DNA of 64,000 nt from Octopus sinensis (lineage: Eukaryota), in NCBI RefSeq assembly GCF_006345805.1, contig NC_042997.1, positions 73,780,001-73,844,000 of the forward strand, given 5' to 3'. Both the position numbers and the translations under genes were made by a program. A model generated the notes under the pieces. It saw only the letters and a program-made list of their open reading frames with translations, did no database searches and was not told where the DNA came from. Below, piece after piece: positions 13,010 to 25,050 of the stretch (position 1 is its first letter; every line of letters begins with the position of its first letter).

Positions 13010-14010
13010 CTGATCATTCTGGCCATGCCAAGGAGGCAAACCTTTTGTAACAGTTCTATTGAGCACTCTATTCCAATGTTCTCTATATTCCTCTTGATGC
13101 CTTCTGATACTGTTCCCAAGGACCCAACAATAATTGGCACTATCTTCACCTTCTTCATCTTCCATAGCCGGGTAATTTCGTACTTAAGAGGGTTGTATCT
13201 ATCTATCGTTTCACCTTCCTTTTTGACTATTCATAGGTCAAAGGGGAATGCAACGTCAACTATATAGCATGTCTGGTGCACCTTGTCCACCATCACTAAG
13301 TTCGGTCTGTTAGGCTCTAGCACCTGATGTGTTTGGATTGGGAAATCCCAGAGGATTTTGCTAGTCTCCAACTCTGCCACTCTCTGCGGTCTGTGCTCAT
13401 TTTGAGCCCGGGCGAAATGATTTCACCTTTGGTTCCACCATTATTTGATACATTTCTATTAAACATTTTCACTCCATATTGAGGTATGGAGGTTAGCCAC
13501 AAAACCAACTTTAAGGTTAGCTACCAACCGGTATTTTTATCGAGACACCATCTCGGCTAAGATTGTCAACGAAGACTGCAGAGCTCTTACTACCCATAAG
13601 GCCTGTTCCCTTCGCATTTCTGTGTGTTGAGGACCATGATCTTCATTCTCACTAGGAGACAGGTAAGAGTCAGTTGGCCGTGTATCTTCATCCAAGTATT
13701 TCTCTGGAGTTAAGTCCTGGTTCGCGGTTCATCCGCCTTCATCCAAGGCATGGAGCCGATGGACACTGACAAGTTGTCATCACTGTAACTAAGAAGTCCT
13801 ATCTAAGGAGTGTTCCTTCTCCTAGACAAACTACCAATCAAGGCTCACGAGTTCTGTCTACTCCTAACCCTAATCCTAATCTGCCGTTTGCTGGGTTTTG
13901 TTTTTAATACCACAAGGTTTCGAAAATCCACCCTTCTCACCAAGTGAGGTTGCCAGTTTAGTCGTCGACGACTCGACGGTTTCACAACACTTGTTAATCA
14001 TTCTGGGTAA
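13010..14010 (-). mobile_element. Internally deleted R4/Dong-like element: 5' UTR-like head joined to the RLE domain
   Basis: ILWDFPIQTHQVLEPNRPNLVMVDK..CYIVDVAFPFD and VKIVPIIVGSLG..LLQKVCLLG (RLE end); head shares sequence with 21785-21900. Confidence 0.8.
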
Positions 14011-14457
14011 TAATTTACTCGTTCCCTATTATAATTTCACTATTACTACTATAATCCCTATCTTATTATTTACTTGTTCACTACTATAGTTTCATTATTA
14101 TTACTATACTTATATTATTATCATAAGGCCAAGGAGTCCTAATATTGCTTCCCCTGATTTCTTTAGATATCAAATAATGGTAGATTTACAGCTGTTGGTT
14201 TAGCTACTGCTGATGCTGCAGTGTTAAATTTTGAAAAGCTAACGATAACTTTATCTATGGAAAATCACATCGTAGTTAAGATATAAACGTCTATAAATAT
14301 CTCAAAGTTTTAGCAAACATAGAAAGTAATAGAAAAGGCTTACACATTTTTGGAGAGAGTTGTTAAATGGCACTGAGAACCCATTGGAAGAGGAAAGGGA
14401 AAAGAGAGAGGGGAAGGGAGACGAAGAGAAAGCAGGCAGGTAAGCTAGCCAAAATTC

Positions 14458-14514
<57 letters not shown>

Positions 14515-14562
14515 CATCATCATCATCATCATTATTATTATTATCATTATTATTATTATTAT
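14458..14562 (+). repeat. (ATT)n/(ATC)n microsatellite
   Basis: Direct reading. Confidence 0.95.
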
Positions 14563-15898
14563 TCATTTTCCTTTTTTCAGACCAAACGTTTTAGCTTCAC
14601 TTTAGAATATTTTTTCATTATTTACGTTTTCTCTATTTCTACCCGAAGTGATCATTCATTGAAATAATCTCTCAAGATTTATTCATATACTTGTCAATTA
14701 ATGATTTTTCTTTACTTCTAAAGTTTGTTTGGACGCCTATGTGATATACCCCATCCATATGAGGACACAAGCATAAGTAGTAATTAAGATTACATGATTC
14801 TCAATCTGCCGAAATCAGTCAGCGATGAAACTTTTCCCTTGTAAAAAATGTTTTATGCAGTTCTTGAAATATTGAGGGCTTGAGTGTTTGATCAATTTTT
14901 TTTTTGTATTAACTATTCATAAAATTCAAACACAAGTGGCCAATCAAATTACGCAAAACGATATCCAGTTTTAAGTATACAAAAAAAAAGCATGTTCATG
15001 TAGAAATTATTCGTGCGAAAAACTGTAAAACTCTTTTGTTCCAAGTATAGTGGGGTTTTGGATTAAGTATGCTATTTTGTTGTCTATAATAAGTTTAGTG
15101 ATTATTTTATTGGTTTCACAATCTAAGGTGTTAGATATTTTAGCAACAGATCATTTTCAGTCTCAGCAATGTTATTTGATAGTCGATTATATATGCTACT
15201 ATGTCTTCCATAAATTTTGTTTTACCCGATGATACGTAAAAATTCTTCGAATTTTGAACAAGTGCTAACATCTTTGTATTTAGAACTTTGGAAGTTATTG
15301 TGGATTATCACGAGTTTACCTGCGCTTTGTCGAAAGTCGTTGACCTTATATAGATTCATTTGCCCTTTGAAAGGTCCCTATTTCCCCAGGAGAGACATAC
15401 ATAGCTAAGCACACAAATGAGTATACATGTAATCGAAGGTGGGCTAAAAAGGTTGACTATAACAGGGTAATGCTAGAGTTGTGAAGTCTTACATGCTTTA
15501 ATTTCAATACTTCTTATTAATAAATGTATTGTCGCGTTCCAGGAAAACTGATATCTGACTGCTCAAAGAATACTCCAATAGTAATTAATACACAAGAGTA
15601 AAGCTCTAAATTACTTAAGTCCTTAGTTGTCTATAATGGATCCAAAAATACAATTATCACTTTTTTTTTCTTTTCTATAACAATTTCACGTGACAACATT
15701 ATACCATTGAAAGCTAACCTCTTCCCCTTAAGTTTCTTAATAATCTTGGTATAATTGAAAACCATCATAATTGCATATAACATAATTGGAGTGATTAAAT
15801 TCCTTGCATTTCCTTAGACGAAATATTTTTTTTTATTTCTTATGACAAATGAATATTTAATTTTGTTATCTCTCAGTCTTTCTTCCTTTCTTTTTTCC

Positions 15899-15934
<36 letters not shown>

Positions 15935-16022
15935 CAAACATATATGTGTGTGTGTGTGTGTGTATAATATACATATACATATATACGAGTATATGTTATA
16001 TGTACATATATATTTATATATG

Positions 16023-17224
16023 TTGGGTCATCCCATAAATAACGCGGTTTATTTATACTTGTTAAAAATTAAGATAAACAAAGTTTTTTTAAATCTAAAA
16101 TATACTCTCCTTTATTTTCTACAATTCTCTTTCATCTATTTCGTTAACTTGCAAGGTTCCTCTTCCAAACTTCACTTGTCCGTGACAAAAAAATACTCCC
16201 CCGGTACTGTTCTCACCTCGCCTCATACTTTTTCCGTCCAAATGATTTTGAAGAGTGCGGAATAAATAATAATGTCCAGCGAATATAGTGGATGGAGAAT
16301 TGTTTCCCATTCAGACTGCTCCAGCCTTCGGAATGGCCGAGCATTATTCTGATGGAAGAATACCTTTCGTCTTGAATCCAAAGATAGTCTTTTTCTTCTA
16401 TCGCTGACTTAAGCCGCTCAAGATGCTCGCTGTAGATTTCCTTTTTATCGTTTGGTCTAGATTTAAAAGTTCAAAGTTGACTAAATCTTCCATATCCAAC
16501 CAAACAGATAGAAGAACTATATATAGGTGATGACCTTCTTTAGCCTGGGGTTCCGGTGTTTCTCCTTCCCCTATACACTGTTTTCGGCGCTTGACATTTT
16601 TATAGAGAATCCATTTCTCGTCACCATCGGTCAAAAAAATGGTTCATTTATGAGACATGACAGCAAAGAAGAGTACACATTCATTCTCTGCGCGCGATTA
16701 GACTCGGAAAGTTTGCGAGGAACCCGCTGACCCCATTTGCTAACTTTTCTGATGGCACGTAGATATTGATGAATGGTTGAATGACCAAATCCAAGTTTCT
16801 CTGCTAGTTCCTCAACAGTTACGATGGGATTTTGTTCCACCAGAATTTGAAGGACGTTCTCGTCGAGCTCTACAGATCTTCCAGGAAGATGCTCCTCTCC
16901 TAGGCTGTAGTTTCCGGCTCAGAATTTCTGGAACCACCATTGACACTGGCTTAATCTTATTGTTCGATCTCTATATAATGCATTAATATTCCTCGCACTT
17001 TCCGTTTCGTTGTTGTTTTTATTGAACTCATAAAGCAAAATATGCCGAATATGCTCAATTATAGCTTTGAAAAAATAACTGTTAAAATCGAAGTACATTA
17101 TTCAAAACTTGCACTGAGAATAAGTACAAGATAAAAATACTACCTGTTTTTATAGCAAGTTGCTGCGGGTAGTTTATCCTGTCCCCCTTCGACTGAAAAA
17201 TCCTATTATTTATGGATGACCCAA
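16023..17224 (-). mobile_element. Near full-length mariner element with pseudogenised transposase
   Basis: TIRs TTGGGTCATCC(C)ATAAATAA at both ends, TA flank on the right, ~1.2 kb; VEELAEKLG HTH, TDGDEKW first Asp, DNARP, HPLYS (YSPD-like), HLFRTLQNHL. Confidence 0.92.
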
Positions 17225-17269
17225 TACATATATATATTTATTTATGCACGTGCACGTATATTTTATAGT

Positions 17270-17336
<67 letters not shown>

Positions 17337-17395
17337 TTAGGTAGGTAGGTAGGTAGGTAGGTAGGTAGGTAGGTAGTTAGGTAGGTAGGTAGGTA
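17270..17395 (+). repeat. (TAGA)n(TAGG)n compound microsatellite
   Basis: Direct reading. Confidence 0.95.
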
Positions 17396-17528
17396 AGTTT
17401 AACATTTACAAATACGGCTTCATACATATAGAGTTTGATATCTATTGAGATAGATGTACATTTATGTAGGTGTGGTTGTGGAATATATGTGTGCGTGTGT
17501 GATATATATATATATATATATATATATA

Positions 17529-18260
17529 CTAGCTGACGTACCCGGAAATTCCCGGGAAAGCGGGGCTTATCCCTTGGTTCTGTTCTCATAATTGCTTCGC
17601 TAATCCAATAACAGCAATAGAAAGTATGAATTTTTTAAAACGGTTTTTGTGCATTTACATAGAATACTGAACTGTCTTACACAGGATCTTGTTTTTAGGA
17701 ATCCCCAATAAGTTATGAATACCCAAATTGTGAAGTCAGTTATGTAATAACATGAAATTAGTTACCCGATAGTAAGAATTCAAATAAAGTAGCCCCGAAA
17801 AGGGCTTTAATGCATTTGCAGAGTATATAGAACATAGGAGGAAATACTAATAAGTCATGTATACTAAAATCGCGAAGCATGTTACGTAATAACAGGCTAA
17901 TCAGATATGAGATAATAACAATTCAAAGTAAATAACTCTGAAAAGGCTTTTGTGCGTTCCCAGAGAATATTCCCCTCAGGGGCGCTAGTGTTGGTATATT
18001 CGTGAATAAGTTACTAACAGAAATAAGTGGATCTATTGTTTAGGAAAATACTATTTACTTCTTTAAGGGTTACACTGGATAAATTGCGAAAATAACTCTA
18101 ACAGTTCAGGTACTAAAAAATAAGTATGCTCAATTTCTTTTTTACCAAGTAATTTAGGAAAATGAATGAGTTATTTCCATTGGCTATATATATGGATCCC
18201 TTCCAGGGAACCTATTATCGATTTTTCAACAATCTGAGTAAGCCATGAGGTTTCCAGACA
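17529..18260 (-). mobile_element. Non-autonomous Helitron-like element (3' end at 17529)
   Basis: Minus strand reads hairpin CCCGGGAATTTCCGGG, then TACGTCAG, then CTAG|T; internal ~140-bp diverged tandem duplication (about 17738-17963); right boundary approximate. Confidence 0.55.
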
Positions 18261-18474
18261 TGAGTTTTACTCACGTGTCAAGCTTCATCAAAATCGATAA
18301 AACAATGTAGGAGGAGTTACCTAACAACTCAATAAACACACCCACAGACAGAATTTCCCACATATGTAGTATATATATATATATATATAATGAAAAAAAA
18401 CACAGATATATATATATAAATACATATATATGCATGTATATACGCGCGCGCACACACGCATATACATATATATA

Positions 18475-19150
18475 CAGGGTACGATGGGTAAATTGTCGCC
18501 ATTTTATATTTTTAATTTCGACCATGCGCATTGTTTGCTTTTGATTTTGTCGACTATACAGTATAGTTGGGTACTGTCAGTGAGAAAAATCAGCACCGTG
18601 GCGCAATTCACACGACATGCTTAGCATTCGCGTCGGAAGCTCCAATACGAATATTTCAAAATATTCGGGAGTCAATCTGAGGACAGGGCAATCTGAGGAC
18701 ATGTACTGAGAGTGATAAAAATCTGGAAACAGGACTCTGCACCATGCTACACAAGCTGGAGAACCCAGTCATTGCTGTCAGGCAATTCCTGCGACTCCAT
18801 CACTCCTAACATCTTCCCACCTAACTCTCCAGGTTGCAATCCCCTTCATAATTGTGTGGGGCGCAGTTGAGCGAGAGACCAATAAAACTCCTTGTAACAC
18901 CAAAACTGAACTGAAGACAAGGATTATGGCAACATTCACCAACTTAAACAAGGAGTCCGTCTAAAAGAGTTGCAGGAGATTCCGAAGTCGTTGGAGGCCG
19001 TGACTAGAAACATTGACGATTTTATTGAATAAATTTACTTTTTAGTATTTCAAGATATATTTATGCAATTTTGGTAAATATATCTGTTAAAATGAGATGT
19101 CTGTTATTTTCCTTTTTGCGTAATTTAGACGATAATTCATTCACTACACA
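18475..19150 (+). mobile_element. Internally deleted maT (DD37D-like) Tc1/mariner element
   Basis: TA|CAGGGT start; QDSAPCYTS, PPNSPGCNPL, VWGAVERETNKTP..RRFRS..DFIE* C-terminus. Confidence 0.8.
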
Positions 19151-19153
19151 TAT

Positions 19154-19209
<56 letters not shown>

Positions 19210-19369
19210 TATATAAATAATGTATATATTATATAAATAATGTATATATATATATTATATATATATATATATATACATATTATATAAATAATGTATATTA
19301 TACATATTATATATATATAATGTATATTATATATTATATATATATATATATATGTATGTATATATTACT

Positions 19370-19760
19370 CTCTTACTCTTTTACTTGTTTCAGTCAGTTG
19401 ACTGCGGTCATGCTGGAGCACCGCCGAGCAACTTGACCACGGGACTTATTCTTTTGTAAGCCCAGTACTTATTCTATCGGTCTCTTTTGCCGAACCGCTA
19501 AGTTACGGGGACATAAACACACCAGCATCGGTTGTCAAGCAATGCTAGCGGGACAAACACAGACACACAAACATATACACACACATAATACATATATATA
19601 TACATATATACGACAGGCTTCTTTCAGTTTCAGTCTACCAAATCCACTCACAAGGGTTTGGTCGGCCCGAGGCTATAGTAGAAGACACTTGCCCAAGATG
19701 GGACTGAACCCGGAACCATGTGGTTGGTTAGCAAGCTACTTACCACACAGCCTCTCCTGC
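19370..19760 (-). mobile_element. tRNA-derived SINE (abundant octopus-type family)
   Basis: Head with A-box-like GGCTGTGTGGT and B-box-like GGTTCAGTCC; internal (CA)/(TA) tract; AAAAGAGT-type tail. Confidence 0.85.
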
Positions 19761-19804
19761 ACCTATATATATATTTTTTTTTTTTTTTTTTCTTTTTTTT
19801 TCTT

Positions 19805-20210
19805 TTTTACTTGTTTCAGTCATTTGACTGCGGCCATGCTGGAGCACCGCCTTTAGTCGAGCAGATCGACCCCGGGACTTATTCTTTGTAAGCCCAGTAC
19901 TTATTCTATCGGTCTCTTTTGCCGAACCGCTAAGTGACGGGGACGTAAACACGCCAGCATCGGTTGTCAAGCAATGCTAGGGGGACAAACACAGACACAC
20001 AAACATATACACACACATACAGATATATATATATATATATATATACATATATACGACAGTCTTCTTTAAGTTTCCGTCTACCAAATCCACTCATTGGTCG
20101 GCCCGGGGCTATAGCAGAAGCCACTTGCCCAAGATGCCACGCAGTGGGACTGAACCCGGAACGATGTGGTTGGTAAGCAAGCTACTTACCACACAGCCAC
20201 TCCTGCGCCT
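19805..20210 (-). mobile_element. tRNA-derived SINE, tandem second copy
   Basis: Near-identical to 19370-19760; head ATAGGCGCAGGAGTGGCTGTGTGGTAAG. Confidence 0.88.
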
Positions 20211-20247
20211 ATATATATATATATATATGTATATCAATATATATATA

Positions 20248-21440
20248 CAGTAGTGGGGAAATAAATATTTAGAGTTGAAGAAAGTATTCGTACAAAATAC
20301 TATTAAAATAATTTTTTTTTATTAGAAGTTTCCCGTTTGTTCCAATAATCTTATCAGTTGTCATTTTTAAGTGTCAAAACACTAGCTTCTTCATTCAGCA
20401 TTGAGACAACATAAAGTAGTTTCGTAATAATGGCGAAATGTAAAGAACTCACAAATTCAGTGAAAAACTTAATTATTGAACAGTGGAAAGCAGGTAAATG
20501 TTACAGGAAAATATCAGAGACCCTTTGTATTCCATTTTCTGCCATATCTTCATTTATTCAAAGATATAAAATATCGGGAACTGCTGAAAACAGAATAAGA
20601 TCCGGTGCACGACGCAAAATTTCCTCTAGATCTTTAAGAAAAACGAAGCGAAGAATCGGAAAAAAACGCAATGATCATCAGAAAGGAGTTGCAAGAAGAT
20701 TTGTTAGCTTTAGGGACTAGTGTTACACTACGAACAATCAGCAATGAACTTCATGGGAATGAACTGAAATCACGCTCTCCTAGAAACACTTAGCTGTTGA
20801 CTAAAAGGCATAGAGATACCCGTTTAAAATTTGTTTATGAGCTTAAAGATAAATCTGATACATTCTGGGAAAATGTTCTATGGACAGACGAGTCGAAAAT
20901 TGAATTGTTTGGACGAAATTCGCGTAGCCATGTTCGGAGGAAAGATGGTACCACCTATTCGCAGAAAAACAATTCCTACCGTAAAGTTTGGATGTAGCAA
21001 CATCATGGTGTGGGGGTGTTCCTCTGCAAATGGTACTGGCAATTTACATGTGATAGATGGTAGAATGAATGCAGAGATGTACCAAAATGTGATAGATGGT
21101 AGAATGAATGCAGAGATGTACCAAAATGTGATAGATGGTAGAATGAATGCAGAGATGTACCAAAATGTGATAGATGGTAGAATGAATGCAAAGATGTAAC
21201 ACCTGACTTAAACCCCATTGAAAATTTGTGGCATTATTTGAAAATTAAAATTCATTCAAGAGCCCCAACGTGCATTACAGATTTGAAGAAAATTTGTCAA
21301 GAAGAATGGGAAAAAATTCCTAAAGAAACATGCGAGTCATTGATTAAGAACTACAAGAAGAAATTGGTTGAAGTGGAACTGAATAATGGTTATGCTAAAT
21401 CAGAATTTTGACATGTACGGACATTTATTTCCCCCCACTG
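20248..21440 (+). mobile_element. Tc1-like transposon with both TIRs; catalytic core partly replaced by a 39-bp tandem repeat
   Basis: TA|CAGTAGTGGGGAAATAAAT ... ATTTATTTCCCCCCACTG|TA; MAKCKELT.. paired-like domain, [22 protein letters not shown]. Confidence 0.93.
21048..21198 (+). repeat. 39-bp tandem repeat, about 3.9 copies
   Basis: ATGTGATAGATGGTAGAATGAATGCAGAGATGTACCAAA at 21048, 21087, 21126; partial copy at 21165. Confidence 0.97.
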
Positions 21441-21523
21441 TATATACATATTATATATATAATGTATATTATACATATTATATATATATAATGTATATTA
21501 TATATATTATATATGTATATATG

Positions 21524-21595
<72 letters not shown>

Positions 21596-21630
21596 CATGT
21601 ATATGTATATCAAAAAATATATATATATAT

Positions 21631-21664
<34 letters not shown>

Positions 21665-21668
21665 ATAT

Positions 21669-21716
<48 letters not shown>

Positions 21717-21735
21717 TGTATGTATGTATGTTATG

Positions 21736-22286
21736 TCAGGTCACTTTCGAGTGCTACTGGTAACATGTAACCCAGTACAACCTGTTGCATGGTCGGGTCG
21801 TCGGTGACTAAACCGGCAACCTCACCAAGCAAGCTTGGTGAGGAGGGTTTTTATTGGTCACCCTGCGGGATGAAAAACAAAACCCGTCAAAGGGCGGAGG
21901 AACTCTTGAGAGTCAACGGCCATCCAATAAATGTCTTAAGGCTTTATCATGCGCGGAGACATAGAAATAATCGGATTGAATATCCGATCGCGCGGTTAAA
22001 TCATTGGGAGTGAAGGACTCCAAGCCTTTTTTAGGGCATCCTTCTAGGATATGGTAACTCAGGTAACTGGGATAACTCTGACATAAAACCTGCGGCTCAG
22101 TGGTTACCGATGATGTTGACTTGTTCTTCTTTTCGGATTATGGATGCTGTTGCTTAGTGAGTGGGATTGACTCAGTGCACAGCCTTTCCTCACTTTAAAA
22201 AAATCTTCTTGCACAGGCATAGCACGATAACAACATTGATTAAGCTTCGTGCAATGGCCATACTCGATAACGAGGGGGCAGCCACC
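21736..22286 (+). mobile_element. Noncoding ~550-bp retroelement-like unit flanked by (TATG)n
   Basis: (TATG)n on both sides; diverged partial second copy directly downstream; head homologous to the R4-like element head at 13870-14010. Confidence 0.65.
21760..21816 (+). ncRNA. Candidate HDV-like self-cleaving ribozyme (degenerate)
   Basis: P1-like CATGT/GCATG, P2-like CCAGT/ACCGG, GG after P1', P4 hairpin TCG-TCGG-TGA, then CUAA junction; P3/L3 imperfect. Confidence 0.4.
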
Positions 22287-22302
22287 ATGTATGTATGTAT
22301 GT

Positions 22303-22488
22303 CAATCGTTTACGCTACTGGAACCATGTAAACCTGTACTACTTGTCGCATGGTCGAGCCGTCAGCGTCTAAACCGCTTCCCCCACCAATCCTCTTGGTG
22401 AGGAGGATCTGTATTGGACACCCTGCAGGACTAAGGACTAGACCTGTAAAAGGGTGGAAGAACTCTTAAGAGTCAACGGCCACACAAT
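22303..22488 (+). mobile_element. Diverged 5' part of the same noncoding element
   Basis: Collinear with 21745-21925 (GCTACTGG, GCATGGTCG, CTAAACC, TTGGTGAGGAGG, GAACTCTT.AGAGTCAACGGCCA). Confidence 0.75.
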
Positions 22489-22727
22489 TATTATATATAT
22501 ATATATGTATATAGTTGGCTGAATTGTGTATGTATGTGCTAAGTGCGTGTTTGGTGTGGTGAACTGTGGGTGAATGTTGGGTGTCTGTGTATATATTTTT
22601 TTTTTTATATATTTAGTTGCATTTTTAACTCTTGAATATATGTGTGTATACTGCGTGAACGTGTGTTTTTTTTGGGGGGGGGTCAGTATATGACGGAATG
22701 GATATCATATATATATATATATATATC

Positions 22728-22784
<57 letters not shown>

Positions 22785-23099
22785 CATACAAATATATGTA
22801 TGTGTGTATGTAAGTAGTTTTACTTGTTTTATTGTATCTGATTTGTGTGTATTTTTGGATGTAGTTAAAGAGGTAGATGGAGCTCCTAGGTTTAATAAAG
22901 CCATGGGGAAGGCAATCTGTCTACGAGAAGGTAACTCCGAATTCAAATACTTCATTGCTGTCTTGCAGTTAGCCTTTGTTTGGGCAAAGACTGAGAGAAG
23001 AACACTCTGATATAATACCACTGGAGAGGTTAAACTCCGGGATAATAGAACATGCAACCTCCATAATCACCCAGTCATCTTGCCTTGGTTTGTCAATGG

Positions 23100-25050
23100 A
23101 TATCAGATTTTGGGGGAGGAGTGGGTGCTCTACGTGTCGTAGAAGCGTGTGGCATTGATATTTAAATGTACAGATATCTCTTTAAGCCCCACGGTGATGG
23201 AATAATGGCGACATGTGCAGGCTTAACGGACTAGGAGTGCATTGTCACGAATCTGCACGTGGGCGGCTCAGGGCACATCTAACGTCGCTGCATTGTTGAA
23301 AGAACAGCAGCATGCTTCGTCGAGGTCAAGAGCGTCTCAGCAGCCCTCTCTAGGGAAGCACTGCTCATCCATAAATCTAGGAAAGGTCTAGAAAAGATGA
23401 CCCCAAAAAATGCCTATTCTACCATCAAGCTGGTCAGCAACCTGCAGCTAACGGCTGTTCACTACAGCAGGAGGAATACAAATAGAAAATATGCAAACAA
23501 GAAATATAGATTATGGGTAGGTGTATGGAATGTCAGGACACTTCTTGATCATGAAGGGTCAAGTAACTCTGAACGGCGAATGGCATAATAGCCAAGGAGT
23601 TGGTTAGGTATATGATCGACATTGCTGCACTTTCTGAAACTCGGTTGAGTGATGGCATTCCTGTTGAAATTCTCCTCCACGGGGCTAATAAGCTTCCTGT
23701 AGAGATCCACAATCTAATATCAGACATCCGGTTGGGTGCTCCTGTTCCCTAGGACTCGGTTGATGCTGTTTTAATTTCATTGTTCAAAGAAAAAGGATCC
23801 AAATCCGAGGGTGGCAATTACAGTGATCGAAATAGTCGGTAAGGGTTTTGCAAGACTTTTACTTAATCGGCTAACAATATGGATATGCCCCTCTGTCATC
23901 CCGGAGAGTCAGTGTGGTTTTAGATCAAGTCGTGGCACAATGGACATGATTTTTTCTACTCGTCAACTCCAAGAGAAATGCATCGAACATCGCAAAACAC
24001 TTTACCAGATATTTGTCGATTTAACAAAAGCCTTCGACACTGTTAATAGGACCGTTCTTTGGACCATTCTTGGTAAACTTGGATGTCCACCTCAATTTGC
24101 CAACTTGTTTAAGCAACTTAATAGTGATATGAAAGCTTGTCTTAACTTCAATGGGTCACTATCGGAACCAATTTCCATCGATAATAGAGTTAAACAAGGT
24201 GATATTGCTGCTCCAACACGTTTTTCCATATATTTTGCTGTAACTATCTTGCACGCTTTCCAAGACTTTGATATCGGCGTCTGGTGTTAAACGCTTTAAT
24301 GCAAAATCAAAGACATTCCAGACCCTTGTTTGAGAGCTCCTTTGTGGAGATAATATACTTCTCGTTGCTCACACAGAGGAGGACGTACAGGCTTTATTGG
24401 ATCTCTTCTCTAGTGCTTGTATTACTTTTGGACTTACCATCAGTCTAAAGACAACAAAGATCATGTTCTCTCAGCCTCCTGTACTCTTCTGAGACCTGGA
24501 CGACATACAGGCGCCACGTCAAGGCTTTAGAAAGATTCGATCAAACTTGCCTAAGGAGGATACTAGACATCAAATGGAAGTCTTTGACACCAGACACCGT
24601 GGTTCTTCAGCAAGCCAACACACTCATTATTGAAATTATCCTCATACGGAGTCAGATGTGTTGGGTTGAGCACCTTACTAGGATGCATGATGACGGGTTG
24701 CCAAAGCAGTTGTTTTACGGGGAGTTGCAGCAAGGCAAACGTCCGAGACATAAACCTAAGAATCGTTTTAAGTATGCTTTCAAAAGTAAACTTAAAGCTC
24801 TTCATATGAAAGTTGAAGACTGGGAGCAGATGACGCAAGATCGATCGGTTTGGAAACAAATGATCTACAATTGATGTAAAACAATTGAAGCTCGAAGAAT
24901 TGAACAATCTATCTTGAAACGAACACTTCGTAGACAGGATTTAACTACAATCCCAGACACTTGTAAAATCTGCAGGACTTCTTAGTCATATAAGATCTCA
25001 TGACAGTATTTATTAATTGAAGAAATGGCCTTCTTCTGTAAAGAAGTGGC
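23100..25050 (+). mobile_element. RTE (BovB-like) LINE, internally deleted pseudogene
   Basis: GVWNVRTLL..IAALSETRL (APE); ESQCGFRSSRGTMDMIF..QLQEKC..FVDLTKAFDTVNR..VKQG (RT); LPKQLFYGEL..GKR..RFK C-terminus. Left boundary approximate. Confidence 0.92.

Noticed and set aside
13862-13880. CCTAACCCTAATCCTAA telomere-like run
   Set aside because: Only about three units, inside an element head.
14302-14594. Poly-I/N/L ORFs (also 30214-30667, 35388-35799, 37484-37806)
   Set aside because: Triplet microsatellites read in stop-free frames.
19370-20210. tRNA genes
   Set aside because: The tRNA-like A/B boxes are SINE heads; no cloverleaf could be supported.
21048-21198. CRISPR-like regular repeat
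   Set aside because: No spacers; contiguous tandem duplication within a eukaryotic transposase.
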